This document shows positions 63,630-64,000 of a DNA stretch of 64,000 nt, piece by piece. Position 1 is the first letter of the stretch; every line of letters starts with the position of its first letter. Position numbers and translations under genes: made by a program. The DNA is from Trueperaceae bacterium (GTDB taxonomy: Bacteria; Deinococcota; Deinococci; Deinococcales; Trueperaceae): the NCBI GenBank assembly GCA_965215565.1, contig CBDCDZ010000004.1, forward strand, positions 1,792,001-1,856,000, read 5' to 3'. The notes under the pieces were generated by a model. That model made no database searches. It was not told the DNA's origin and saw only the letters and a program-made list of their open reading frames with translations.

Positions 63630-64000
63630 TTAGGAGAGATGGGGTCCTAACCGCGCCGCGATCTCTTCTTTCGTCAGTTCGCCCTGCGCAATTTGGACGG
63701 TCAAGTCGTAAGCCTCATGATTATCCACCGTGAGTTCGAAGCCTTCCAACACGAGATAAGTTTCCATCACTGCCCAGGCGACGCGCTTGTTGCCGTCTAA
63801 AAAGGGATGGTTGAGGGCGAGATGATAGAGGTACGCAGCCGCTTTGAGTAGCACGGTCGGATGCAGGGCTTGACCGAAGACTTCCATCTCGGGTTGAGCG
63901 AGCGCACTCTCTAAACCGGACTTGTCCCGTATACCGGGCTCGCCGCTATAAACCTCCAACTGGTCACGGTGAATCGCGAGGACGAACTCGAGTGTCACAC
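63630..64000 (-). CDS. Doc/Fic family toxin, probably 5'-truncated by window edge
   Basis: HPFLDGNKR Fic motif, GIRD...LESAL..P. Confidence 0.9.
   Translation of the reverse strand, partial: VTLEFVLAIHRDQLEVYSGEPGIRDKSGLESALAQPEMEVFGQALHPTVLLKAAAYLYHLALNHPFLDGNKRVAWAVMETYLVLEGFELTVDNHEAYDLTVQIAQGELTKEEIAARLGPHLS

Overview
Chromosomal window from a GC-rich bacterium, most likely Deinococcota (Trueperaceae-like). This placement is inferred from an LdrP-like CRP regulator, an RqkA-like kinase, an SRE-like repeat and pervasive leaderless TANNNT-ATG starts. The housekeeping backbone includes malQ, luxS, tRNA-Gln, miaB, radA, murA, uvrC, 2-oxoacid dehydrogenase E1a/E1b/E2, citrate synthase, mmsA, pyrD and three ABC transporter loci. 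Interleaved accessory DNA comprises a divergent HTH-nuclease/methyltransferase restriction-modification module, at least five toxin-antitoxin loci plus remnants, one complete IS5-family element and several pseudogenes. The most striking non-genic signals are: (1) ten copies of an ~80-200 bp TA-bounded palindromic repeat that carries nested hairpin modules at recurrent positions; (2) degenerate coding-like direct repeats bracketing the RM module; (3) strong over-representation of CTCGAG; (4) a back-to-back RelE / HTH-antitoxin locus whose antitoxin is frameshifted. No CRISPR array, rRNA or prophage was seen. All calls are from manual reading; no database searches were run.
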